This document shows positions 24,326 through 35,999 of a stretch of DNA of 57,041 nt, piece by piece. The stretch's first letter is position 1. The number at the start of each line of letters is the position of its first letter. This stretch comes from Chiloscyllium plagiosum (lineage: Eukaryota): NCBI RefSeq assembly GCF_004010195.1, contig NC_057719.1, forward strand, positions 3,486,679 through 3,543,719, in the 5' to 3' direction. Both the position numbers and the translations under genes were made by a program. A model generated the notes under the pieces. The model worked only from the letters and a program-made list of their open reading frames with translations, did no database searches and was not told where the DNA came from.

Positions 24326-24939
24326 TCATCAGTTTCCAGTCGCATTTCAATTCTAAAGAACAATCTCTCAACTCGAAATGTTAACACTGTTTCGCTCCCC
24401 GCAGATGCTTCCAGACCCACTGAGTTTTTCCAGCACTTTCTGTTTTCACGTGAAATGGATTTTCCCATGATCAATGTTCACCCCTGAACCTGCATTACAC
24501 AAAGCTGCATTCCGTTGTCTTTAGTAGGATCTTGCTGTGCCGAAAGTGGCAGCTGCATTGCCTACGTAACAGCAATAGATGGGTCATGCCAGGAATTTAT
24601 TGTTGGTTCAGTGATTGCAGATTCCCAGGAAAGCCAATTTAAAAATGTGACTCCTTTGTGCTGTGTCATGTGTAAGGCAGTCAGCAGCACCTTTGTCTGT
24701 AGCATCATCAGGGCTGGCACTTCGAGGCAGTATCGAGGGAGTGCTGCTTTGTCAGCGGGGCTGTTTTTGGAATAAGTGTATCACTGAGGCCCTGCCTCTC
24801 CTCTCTGACACCCAATAGTTTTAGTGAGAGTTGTTTCATCTGGTATCCTGATAATAATACATAGAGATGTAATAATTATCTGTCAGCCACCTCCCTAGCC
24901 ATCTGAAATGCATCTATCTCATTATGTTCACTGGGCAAG

Positions 24940-25245
24940 GAGCAGCACAGTGGCTCAGTGATTAGCGCTGCTGCCTCACAGCACCCGGAACCTGGGTTTG
25001 ATGCCACCCTTGGGTGACTGTCTGTGTGGAGTTTGCACATTATCCCTGTGTCTGTGTAGGTTTCCTCCCACAATCTAAAGATGTGCAGGTCAGGTGAATT
25101 GACCGTGCTAAATTGCCCATAGTGGTAGGTGCACTAGTCAGGGGTAAATGTAGGGGAATGAGTCTGGATAGGTTAATCTTTGGAGGGTTGGTGTGGGCTT
25201 GTTGGGCTGAAGGGCCTGTTTTCACACTGTAGGGATCCTAATCTA
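24940..25245 (+). mobile_element. HE1/V-SINE-type SINE
   Basis: Head, core and tail as in other copies. Confidence 0.9.
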
Positions 25246-25552
25246 TTATCAAATGCTTGTTTGTGGTCCTCTGATTTATGAAGTACTTACGAAGACTCAT
25301 GCTTACAAATCCAATCCTGTACAGGGGAGTGATGTTAAAGAGCCAACCTTTCCAGTCCTTACCAGCAGCTGCTTTAGATTCTCTTACGTTGTATCCCGGC
25401 GAGCGTAGAAATTGATTTATGACCAGACTCCAGAACAGAACTTGTACACACCCTGGGGACTCTCTATAAATAGCTCTGCGCCCCTATCAGCTGCTGCCTT
25501 TCCAGTATTAAATACACGATAAAAAACACAAATTGTTCTTTCTTTCTTGTAG

Positions 25553-25677
25553 GTAGTAGCAATATTGGCAATGTGTTCTCTAGTGTGGAGTTACCAATGA
25601 GCAAGTCAAACTCCAAGGCTTGGGCATCTGAAGATTTATCCAAGGAACAGCATTCATTCCAGGATAGTCCCAGGTAG
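25553..25677 (+). CDS. Probable next coding exon, phase 1 in (GSSNIGNVFSSVELPMSKSNSKAWASEDLSKEQHSFQDSPR*); ends at TAG 25675-25677 or splices at 25673
   Basis: Strong acceptor ttgttctttctttcttgtag| and open in the required phase. Possible donors CAG|GTAGAC (25674) and ACA|GTAAGG (25681, after the stop). Confidence 0.6.
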
Positions 25678-26319
25678 ACAGTAAGGAGCTTTGATTTCTT
25701 GTCTCAGTCCAGAATTATCCCAATTATTAGCCCGAGTCCCCGAATAAACCCCTCACCTCCATGTCGTTCACTCCGTTTGACATTAGCTGCAGCAATTAAA
25801 GGAACTGAGCCCGATCTGAAATTGTTGATAGCCGCGTGGGTAAAGCAAACAGAATAAGAATGCAAGGTACAGGGAGCAGGGCTACCCTGTAGAGCTGGGA
25901 GGAGATGTAGCTTCTCATTGTGACTACTCAATAATGTCATTGCACTATCACCAATCTGAACTCTGCTCCCCACCCAGGCAGCACCGTATCCCAGGGTCCC
26001 CTTGGCCCTGTTCATCGGGATGTTTAACCCCAAAAACCAGGATGTTATGTTGAACCTCCACAAAGGTGCCACCCAACCAGAATATTCTGCTCAATTCTGG
26101 GCATGAGCTTTGAGGCAGAGTATCAACACAAATTTTGCAAACCTTCATTTTGATGTGCATGCATACGCTCTAGGAGGAACAGAATTCATTGAAGAGTTAG
26201 TGGTACAGTGGTAGTGTCCCTCCCTCTGTCCCAGAAGGCCTGGATTCATGTCTTACCTCCTCCAGAGGTGTGTAATACCATGTCTATGCATGTTGATGTC
26301 TTTTTTAAACAGAGGGTGA

Positions 26320-26655
26320 TTGGTCAAGATCTTTTCCCTGGGGTAAGGAAGTCCAGAACAAGAGGGCATAGGTTTAAGGTGAGAGGGGGAAGATTTAAAA
26401 GGGACCTAAGGGGCAGCTTTTTCACGCAGAGGGTGGTGCATGTATGGAATGAGCTGCCAGAGGAAGTGGTGGAGGCTGGTACAATTGCAACATTTAAAAG
26501 ACATCTGGATGGGTATATGAATAGGAAGGGTTTAGCGGGATATAAGCGAAATGCTGGCAAATGGGACTGGATTAATTTAGGATTTTGGTCAGCATGGACG
26601 AGTTGGGCCAAATGGTCTGTTTCTGTGCTGCACAGCTCCACGACTCTATGCCTCT
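26320..26655 (+). mobile_element. CR1 3' end
   Basis: ORF 26208..26657 (RTRGHRFK...FTQRVVHVWNELP). Confidence 0.9.
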
Positions 26656-26959
26656 AAGGGATTTATCGAGGATAACAACCTGTGTTCACTACAGAAAGTG
26701 TGCAGCAGCTCCCATTTCCACTTTAAACAGATGAACATTAGCTGTGGTTAGTGGAAGGAATGATGTAGGTGGAATGTCATCTGACCCAGAAACCAGGCTA
26801 CTGCTGTGGGCACATAGGTTCAGTTCAAAACTCCCTGTGGAAAATTCAAGTAATTGTCTAACCTTAGAAATGTAAAACTATTCTCAGGGATGGCGACCAT
26901 GAAATTGTTATCAAAACCCATCCAGGTCACTAATGCTCTTCAGGAAGAGAAATAGTTCA

Positions 26960-27655
26960 TAAGTTCATACGATATAGAAGCAGAATTAGGCCCTTCGGCC
27001 CATCAAATCGGCTCCACCATTCGATCATGGCTGATATGCTCCTTACCCCCACTTTCCTGCCTTCTCCCCTTAACCCCTTCAACCCATTATCAAATAAAAA
27101 TCTGTCTAACTCCTCTTTAAATTTACTCACTGTCCCAGCATCCACCGCACTTTGGGGGATAGCTAATTCCTCAGATTCACAACCCTTTGGGGGAAGCAGT
27201 TTCTCCTCAGCTCTGTTTTAAATTTGCTGCCCCTTGCCCTGAGACTGTGACCTCTTGTCCCAGAATGCCCCACAAGTGTAAGCATCCGCTCCATGCCTAT
27301 TTTATCCTGACCTTTTATCATCTTGAATACCTCAATGTGATCTCCCCCCATTCTTCAAAGTTCCAGAGAGTATCGGCCTAAACTTTTCAATCTCTCTTCA
27401 TGTGACAAACCCCTCACCTCTGGGATCAATCTGGTGAACCTCCTCTGAACTGTTCCAATGCCAGTATGTCGTTTCTCAAATAAGGGGGCCAAAACTGTGC
27501 ACAATACTCCAGGTGTGGTCTCACCAATGCCTTGTAGGGTTGCAACAATACTTCCTTACCTTTATATTCTATTCCTTTAGCTATAAAAGCCACGTTTCCG
27601 TTTGCTTCCTTTGTTATCTGCTGTATCTGCATGCTAGTTTTCTGTGACTTGTGAA
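26960..27655 (-). mobile_element. CR1 3' fragment
   Basis: ORFs 27163..27351 and 27426..27632. Confidence 0.9.
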
Positions 27656-29101
27656 CTAGTCTGGCCTACATGTCCCTCCAAACCAAAAGCAACACGGTTG
27701 AAGAGGAGATTTACCAGAATGGTACCATGGAGAGGCGGATGAAACTCAGATCACTCTCCCTAGAGCAGGAAGGTTAGGTAAGAGGCCAGGAAAGAGGAAC
27801 AGCAAGAGGCCATTCAGCTCTTCGAGCCTACTCCTCCCTTAAAGAGAGCAGAGCTGATCTACTTCAGTGCAATCTTCCTGCAATATCCTCTTATCCCTTT
27901 ACCTTTCTTCTTAGACTGTAGAAATCTATTGACCTAAGTTTGTACCTCAGTTTCGAGAGAAGTGGCCACCATGGGGGATACAGTACTTTATTTCCCCCTC
28001 CAACTCCATTTCGATTTAGCTCCTTCCCTCACTCCCTCCTCTTACCCCCTCTTTGGTTAGTATCGCCCATGAATGCAATGCCTATCCACATTTAATGGCT
28101 ATACGGGTGATTACTGTTTAATAATCAGTGATAGCAGTTTAAAAAGAAACAAAATAAGTGACAGCGATTTGGTGATTGGAGAGTCACAGAGTTGGGTGTG
28201 ATACCATTTCTGGGTGGATAAAAGAAAAGATTCAGTCATGGTGACTGAGAGAGATACTTTTATAAAAGATGTTTCACTAATGCCATTTAGGGAAGGAAAT
28301 CTGTTTTCCTTACCCAGTCTGGCCTGCATGTGACTACAGACCCACAGCATAAATGCGCCCTGAAATGTTCCGTTCAAGGGCAACTAAACAAATGTCAGTG
28401 ACACCCATATCCTATGAAAAAATAACTGGGCTCAAAGCGTGCTTTGGGAAATTTCCCTGAGCTGTGTGACCTGTCTGAGGTTTAACCCCTCACCGCCCAG
28501 TTATGCCCAAAACGTTGATTCTCCTGCTCCTCGGCTGCTGCCTGACCTGCTGTGCTTTTCCAGCACCCCACTCTCGACTTCAACCTGTCCAGTCAGGCTG
28601 ATGTAAAGTTTAGTGAAAGTGAGGAAAATGCAGAGTGGGGGAGTGATTTTGTTTTCACCTCACCGTGCTCCAATGGGTCTATGGTGGGGTATGTTTTCCC
28701 TCTTCCCTTTGCTGTGTGAAAGGATTTCCCCCAAACCTCAATTTCCCCAGTGACACTGCAGCCATCAAGCAGATGTTCAACTTCCACATTATTCCCATGG
28801 ACCTTCCATGAAATGAAGCTTCACATTACCTTCTTTTGCTTTGTCTAAGAATCCTGCAGTTAGACCTCAAAGTTACCCTGACTTTGCCTGTTGGCCAGAT
28901 CACTGGCTCTGCCCTTTCATCGTTTATCAGCTCCCTTAGCTTATTCTTGCCTCCTTCTGTGACTGTTCACCTAACATACTGGCCCCTTTACCTCCTTCAG
29001 GCTCTGTCCTGACTTTTTCTGACACTGCCAGCTAGATGTTTAACTCGAGGGACTCTTCTGAAATCACTCCATTCCTCAAGGCTTTGGAATTCTGAAGTTC
29101 T

Positions 29102-29595
29102 CTCAGTTCCCAGCCTCTCTATGGGCAGCACAGTGGTTAGCACTGCTGCCTCACAGTGCCAGGGACCCGTGTCCAATTCCAGCCTCAGGGGGTCTGTCTG
29201 TGTGGAGTTTGCATATTCTCCCCGTGTCTGTGTAGGTTTCCTCCAGGTGCTCCGGTTTCCTCTCACAATCCAAAGAAGGCATCTGGATGGGTATATGAAT
29301 AGGAAGGGTTTGAAGGGATATGGGCCGGGTGCTGGCGGGGTGGGACTAGATTGGGTTGGGATATCTGGTCGGCATGGATAGGTTGGACCGAAGGGTCTGT
29401 TTCCATGCTGTACATCTCTATGACTCAACGTGCAGGTCAGGTGAATTGGCCATGCTAAATTGCCCTTTGTGTTAGGTGCATTAGGCAGGAGTAAATATAC
29501 GGTACAGGAATGGGTCTGGGCGGGTTGCTCATCCAAGGGTCGGTGTGGACTTGTTGGGCTGAATGTTTCCATACTGTAGGGAATATAACCTAATC
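29102..29595 (+). mobile_element. HE1-type SINE with a CR1 3' end inserted at about 29277-29425
   Basis: SINE core is broken after CAAAG and resumes at GTGCAGGTCAGG. The insert ends CTCTATGACTC. Confidence 0.85.
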
Positions 29596-30421
29596 TATAA
29601 TTCCCTTCTGGCTGTCTCAAACTCTCTGGACAATCCTTCACTTTTTAGGGTTATATTTTGTTGTCAGCAAGACTATACGCCAATTAAATATCTTCTCTTG
29701 GCATTGATGAGACTGGGACTACACTCACTGCTAACAGCCCCGTAACACGTTCACTCTCGAAATGAGCTGTAACCAGTGACACTGTGATAGTCTTCCCCTT
29801 ATCTCAACCTTTTTCTCAGCTTCCAGGTGAAAAAGCTTTCATCTTCCACATTCGCAACAGTTGTGGGTGTCCTGTGTCTCAAGGAATGCTCTTACCTTGG
29901 GCTAAGTCTTACAACAAGCCTTCTCGAAATCTAAATGCAGCTGAATTACTGGTTCCTTCATAAATATCCTGCTCGTTTCTTCCTTAAAAAAACTCCGAAC
30001 AGATTGTTGAAAAAAATTCACCCAGAAGACAGTGCTGGACTGGAACTCGCTATTTAAAAGGATGGTAGAGATGGGAGCCCTCAAAATATTTAGGAACTAT
30101 TTCAACAAGGCACTTCAAATGCAGAGACACACAAGGCCACGGACCAAGAGCTGGGAAGTAGGGTTTGAATCGATGAATATCTAATGACCAGCACAGAGAC
30201 GATGGGCCAAAAGACCTCTTTCTATCCTTCCATGTATGATTTCCTTTTCACAAATTTATGTTGATATTACCCAGCCTACCATTATTTTGTAGGTGACCTG
30301 TTGCCCTTTGTTAGAGATTCAGGCATTTTCCCCAATGCCTACTGTTAGACAGGCAACTCAACAGCTCTCTCTCTTTTCTCTAGCCCTGCTTTCTGAAACA
30401 GTGGGGTTACATTTGTAACCA

Positions 30422-30854
30422 GGAGAAAGTGAGGTCTGCAGATGCTGGAGATCAAAGTTGAAACTTTATTGCTGGAACAGCACAGCAGGTCAGGCAGCAT
30501 CCAGGGAACAGGAGATTCGACGTTTCGGGCACAGGCCCTTCTTCAGGAATGAGCAGAGAGTGTTCAGCAGGAGAAGATAAAAGGTAGGGAGGAGGGACTT
30601 GGAGGAGGGGCGTTGGAAATGTGATAGGTGGAAAGAGCTCCATCCTACTCCGACCTATCACCCTCACCTTGACCTCTTTCCACCTATCACATTTCCAACG
30701 CCCCTCCTCCAAGTCCCTCCTCCCTACCTTTTATCTTCTCCTGCTGAACACTCTCTGCTCATTCCTGAAGAAGGGCCTGTGCCCGAAACGTCGAATCTCC
30801 TGTTCCCTGGATGCTGCCTGACCTGCTGTGCTGTTCCAGCAATAAAGTTTCAAC
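30422..30854. mobile_element. Young fold-back PLE element (family A): 183-bp inverted arms, 36-nt spacer, 15-bp TSD
   Basis: Arms 30455-30637 and 30674-30856. TTACATTTGTAACCA at 30407-30421 and 30855-30869. ORFs 30452..30712 (-) and 30599..31204 (+) translate identically over the arms. Confidence 0.92.
30761..30796 (+). ncRNA. Intact minimal type-I hammerhead ribozyme motif (family A); mirror at 30515-30550 (-)
   Basis: AUUC-CUGAAGA-A-GGGC-cugu-GCCC-GAAACGUC-GAAU: helix I AUUC/GAAU, helix II, palindromic ACGU, GUC cleavage triplet. Confidence 0.75.
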
Positions 30855-31549
30855 TTACATTTGTAACCACCCAATCTGCAGAGACCATTCCAGAGACCAT
30901 TGAGCTTTTGTGTGCTAACCACCAGTTGCCCCTTCCAACTCCCTGGGATATACCTCACAAGGTCGAGGGCAATTATCTAGTTTTCAAGTACTACTTTTTA
31001 GTGAATATTAACACCTTGCAGTTTCTCATTTACAGTATACCGGTGATGCTCCATTATTTCCGGGAGGTTTTCACCCTGTGGACAGGCATGAAGTATTTGT
31101 TAGTTTCTTTTCCATTTCCTTATTCCCCATTATACGTTCACCTGGCTCTGTTCATAATAAACACTTATTTCTTTTGTGCTATGCTCTTCCTTTCAATATA
31201 CTGACAGAAGCTTTGATGGTCTATACATGTTTCTGGGTAATTTATTATCGAGTTTGTTTTCCCTTGCTTCATCTTTTCTTGTCCTTCTTTGTAGAGTTCA
31301 AGAATGCTCCAATCCTCAATGTCCTGACCACTGAAAGCAAACATGCCAAACCTTTTCTCCACCACCCTGTTACTTTAATCGTAAAGTCGATCGCAGATTT
31401 CAAAAGGAAATTGAATAGTAATCTGAAGATAAAAGATTTCTGGGGTTAAAGTGGGACTGGCTGAGATGGTCTGTCAGTGAGCTAACACAGATGTGATAGG
31501 CCGAGTCGCCCCCTGTGCTCTAACCATTGTATGATTTTATGACTCCATA

Positions 31550-33845
31550 AGTATTCTGACGAGCCTATCCCAACAGTCACTGCATCAGAGGTCAGATCAG
31601 TTTTCCTTCAGGTGAATCCAAGGAAAGTGATGGGACCAGACGGAGTACCAGGCCGTGCACTCAGAGCATGCGCAGATCAACTGGCAGAGGTCTTCTCGGA
31701 CATCTTCAACCTCTCCCTGCAGCAGGCCACTGTCCCTGCCTGTTTCAAGAGGGCCAGCATCATCCCTGTGCCTAAGAAGGCTCATGCAACATGTCTCAAT
31801 GACTACCGTCCAGTGGCCGTAACTTCGGTGGTCAGGAAGTGCTTTGAAAGGCTGGCCATGGCATTAATCAACTCCAGCCTCTCCATTAACCTTGACCCAC
31901 TGTAATTTGCCTATTGGACCAACAGATCCACATCAGATGCCATATCACTTGCCCTTCACTCCTCCCTCGAACATCTTGACACCAAGAACAGCTAGGTAAG
32001 AATCCTACTCATTGACGACAGTTCAGCCTTCAACACTATTATCCCCTGGAGACTGATTACTGAACTCAGTGATCTCGGACTAAGCCCCACTCTCTACAAC
32101 TGGATCCTCAGTTCCCTGACCCACAGGCCACAATCAGTGAAGATTGGGGACAATATTTCATCCTCACTAACACTCAACACTGGAGTCCCCCAGGGGTGTG
32201 TACTCTGCCCCCTACTGTACTCACTGTATACCCATGACTGCGCCATCAAATAACAGACTAATGCCATTTACAAGTTCACTGATGACACCACCATACTCGG
32301 TCGAATCTCAGATGGCAACAAAACAGACTACAGACGGGAGGTGGAAGACCTGGAAAAGTGGTGCTCGGAGAACAACCTAGCTCTCAATGCTGGCAAAACC
32401 AAGGAGCTCATTATTGACTTTCGGTGGGATGTTACTCATGCGCCCCCCCCCCCCCCCCACACACACACACATTAACAGCACAGAGGTGGAACGAGTGGAG
32501 AGTGTCAAGCTCCTGGGAGTGGTCATCCACAACAAGCTTCCTTGGACTCTTCATGTGGATGCACTGGTTACAAAGGCCCAACGATGTCTCTTCTCCCTCA
32601 GGCAGCTGAGGAAATTTGCCATGACGGTGAATACCCTTGCCAACTTTTATAGGTGCGCCATTGAGAGCACTCTGTCTGGATGTATCACTACCTGGTATGG
32701 CAACTGTACCATTCAAGATCGGAGACGGTTACAGAGAGCGGTGAACTTGGCCCAGACAATCACAAAGGCCAACCTCCCATTTATAGAATCCATCTACCAG
32801 GCCCGTTGTCAAGGAAAGGTGGCCAGCATTCTCAAAGATCCATCCCACCCTGGCAAAGGTTTTCTACAACTTCTACCATCAGGGAGAAGGTACAGAAGCC
32901 TGAACACATGCACCAGCCAGTTTTGAAACAGAAGCCTGAACACATGCACCAGCCAGTTTTGAAACAGTTTTAATAGACAATAGACAATAGGTGCATGAGT
33001 AGGCCATTCTGCCCTTCGAGCCAGCACCACCATTCATTATGATCATGGCTGATCATCCACAATCAGTATCCTGTTCCTGCGCCTTCTGGGGCAGAGCATT
33101 CCATACACCCACCACTCTCTGGGTGAAGAAGTTTCTCCTCAACTCTGTTCTAAGTGACCTACTCCTTATTTTTAAACTGTGTCCTCTGGTTCGGCACTCA
33201 CCCATCAGCGGAAACACGCTTCCTGTCTCCAGAGTGTCCAACCCTTTAATAATCTTATACACCTCAATCAGATCCCCTCTCAGCCTTCTAAACTCAAGTG
33301 TATACAAGCCCAGTCACTCCAATCTTTCAACATATGATAATCCTACCATTCCGGGAATTGACCTTGTGAACCTACGCTGCACTCACTCAATAGCCAGAAT
33401 GTCTTTCCTCAAATTTGGAGACCGAAACTGCACACAATACTCCAGGTGCGGTCTCACCATGGCCCTGTACAGCTGCAGAAGGACCTCTTTGCTTCTATAC
33501 TCAATTCCTCTTGTTATGAAGGCCAGCATGCTATTAGCTTTCTTCACTGCCTGTTGTACCTGCATGCTCGCTTTCATTGACTGATGTACAAGTACACCTA
33601 GATCTCATTATACTTCTCCTTTACCTAACTTAATTCCATTTAGGTAGTAGTTGACTCCATTTAGATAGTTGTTTCTACCCTACTGTTGTTAAAGTACTCA
33701 ATGGACTCACAAACTCTTAACATTTGCCGCTGTTTACCTACTATTTACTTATCGATGTTACTTAACTCTGTGTTCTGCCTGTATTGCTCGCAAGATAAAG
33801 CTTTTCACTGTGCCTCGGTACACGTGACAATAAATTCAATTCAAG
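31550..33845 (+). mobile_element. Rex1/Babar-type LINE (decayed RT plus 3' end), interrupted by a CR1
   Basis: GPDGVPGRALRACADQLAEVFSDIFNLSL...[37 protein letters not shown]. Stops and frameshifts present. 36-bp tandem duplication 32892-32963. Tail GTGACAATAAATTCAATTCAA. Confidence 0.85.
32972..33650 (-). mobile_element. CR1 3' fragment nested in the Rex1-type LINE
   Basis: ORFs 33053..33307 and 33383..33577; (ATAGACA)n tail. Confidence 0.9.
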
Positions 33846-33939
33846 TAGAACAGACTATTAAAGTTAAAGTCACCATGGCCTTAACAGACCCTAGGGCTGC
33901 TTTCTCATTAGAGACAGATGACAGATGTCTCATTAGAGG

Positions 33940-34295
33940 CAGATTAGCGTTCATTAGCAGAGGGATTGAATTCAAGAGTCGTGAGGTGATGTTGCAGCTG
34001 TACAGGACCTTGGTTAGGCCACATTTGGAGTACTGTGTGCAGTTCTGGTCGCCTCACTTTAGGAAAGATGTGGAAGCTTTGGAGAGGGTGCAGTGGAGAT
34101 TTACCAGGATGTTGCCTGGAATGGAGAATAGCTCGTACGAGGATAGGTTGAGAGTGCTAGGCCTTCTTTAAGTGGCAATTGGATAGGTACATGGATGGGT
34201 GCTTAAGCTAGGACAAATGTTCGGCACAACATCGTGGGCCGAAGGGCCTGTTCTGTGCTGTATTGTTCTATGTTCTATGTTCTATGTTCTATGAA
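33940..34295 (+). mobile_element. Internally deleted CR1 3' fragment with (TTCTATG)n tail
   Basis: LAFISRGIEFKSREVMLQLYRTLVRPHLEYCVQFWSP. Confidence 0.9.
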
Positions 34296-35999
34296 GTTCA
34301 CCAGGCTGAGGTGAGGGGAAAGGTTGAGATGTAGAGTCCTTCATAGTCATCTCAGCCTGTGCAGGAATTGAACCAAAATGGTTGCAATCTCTAAGCATTA
34401 CAAACCAGCTATCCAGCCAATTAAGCTAACCAAAACATAATTAGATAGCTCCGTGAATGAGCTAACACAGACCTCCTTCTGTGTGGCATGACATAAGGAG
34501 AAGGGAAAATAGGGTTGACAATTTTTAGCCTTGTCTATCTGGAAGAACTGAGTTAAATAAAAGAAATACTGTGGACACTTCTGAAATCTGAAACAAAAAC
34601 AGAAATTGCTGTAGAAACTCAGCAGGTCTAGCAGCATTTGTGGAGAGAGAAACAGAGTTAAGGTTTCAAGTCCCTTCTTCAGAATATTTTTATTTGTGAA
34701 AGAAGTGGGTGACATGGCTGATTCACAATTTGGCCCTCCACCCTCCTACTTCATCAGAAATATTTCCAGGGATTAGACCATAAGACCATAAGACACAGAG
34801 GCAGAAATTAGGCCATTCAGCCCATCGAGTCTCTGCTCTGCCATTCAATCATGTTTGATAGGTTTCTTAACCCCATTCTCCCACTTTCTCCTCTTAAACC
34901 TTGATACTCAAGAACCTATCTGTCTCTGTCTTAAAAAACACTCAATGACCTGACCTCCGCAGTCTTCTGAGGCAATGGATCGTGTCGTGGATGAGGCTAA
35001 AGTCGGCTAATTGATGGCTTTGCTGATCTATCGAAAGTAGACTTTTATTTTGACACCTGAGCCAGGCTGAATGACCAGAACAAAGTGCATGTACATAGTG
35101 ACTTTAATGTACCATACAGACTGAGTTAAGGTAGGAAGCCTTTTACATACAGGGATGATGTTTGTGAGGGTTTGACCTCATGTGAGGGTTTGACTTGATG
35201 TGAAATTCACAATTGACCAGCAGTGTCGCAAAATCCAAGAAACGACATCAGCCTGGATTTGCCAATAAGAAGCTGGGTGTTGTAGTTGTGTATGGGAGCT
35301 GCATGCTGGGACAATGTGGATATCCCAGGCCAGCTGGCACCCTGGGAATTTCCAGAGAAGTTGAAATTTCCTTGAGAGAATTACTCAGCATCTTCAGTCC
35401 TCAGGAAAAGCCTCCTATTCCAAGTTAGATTCAGGGATTTTGGAGTTTCAATTCACTTCATCTTAAGAGCTACCCAAAATCCTGGAAGTCCAATCCGAAT
35501 GGCACAATACGTTTCTATATCCATGGACTACAGCAGTTCAAGAAGGCAGCTCAGGACCACCTTCTCAAGGGCAACTCACAATGGGCAGCAAATGCTGGGC
35601 CAGGGGGTGATGCCCACATTCAGGGAGAGAATGCTGAGCAAGGTCAGAAGAATGAAGAGGTCAAGAGATTAAAATCGCAGGTTATGAGTCACTAGTTAGG
35701 CCTTTATAGTAGAGCATTCTGGACCTGGTGTGGCAGAGGTTCACCAAAATTTTACCAGAGATGAAGAACCTCACTCATGCCAGTGATCAAAAAGGGTTGG
35801 GCTGTTACTCTCGGAGTGAGAAAGGTTAAAAGCTGAGCAGATACAGACTTTCAAAATGACAGATTTTATTTTGCAGTAAGCAGTGAAAACCTATTTCGCT
35901 GGGGCAGATTCAATGTCAATTTTATTTCATTCAGAGAATTGTCTCAAACCTCTCGCTGTGAAAGCCTTGTAGAAACCGACTTCCCTTTAAGAAGTACAC

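Noticed and set aside
23180..24487. 435-aa Cys/His-rich repetitive ORF; superficially CRISPR-like or zinc-finger-like array
   Set aside because: It is the translation of a 33-bp minisatellite (a multiple of 3, so frames stay open on both strands). There are no unique spacers, no cas genes, and the context is eukaryotic and intronic.
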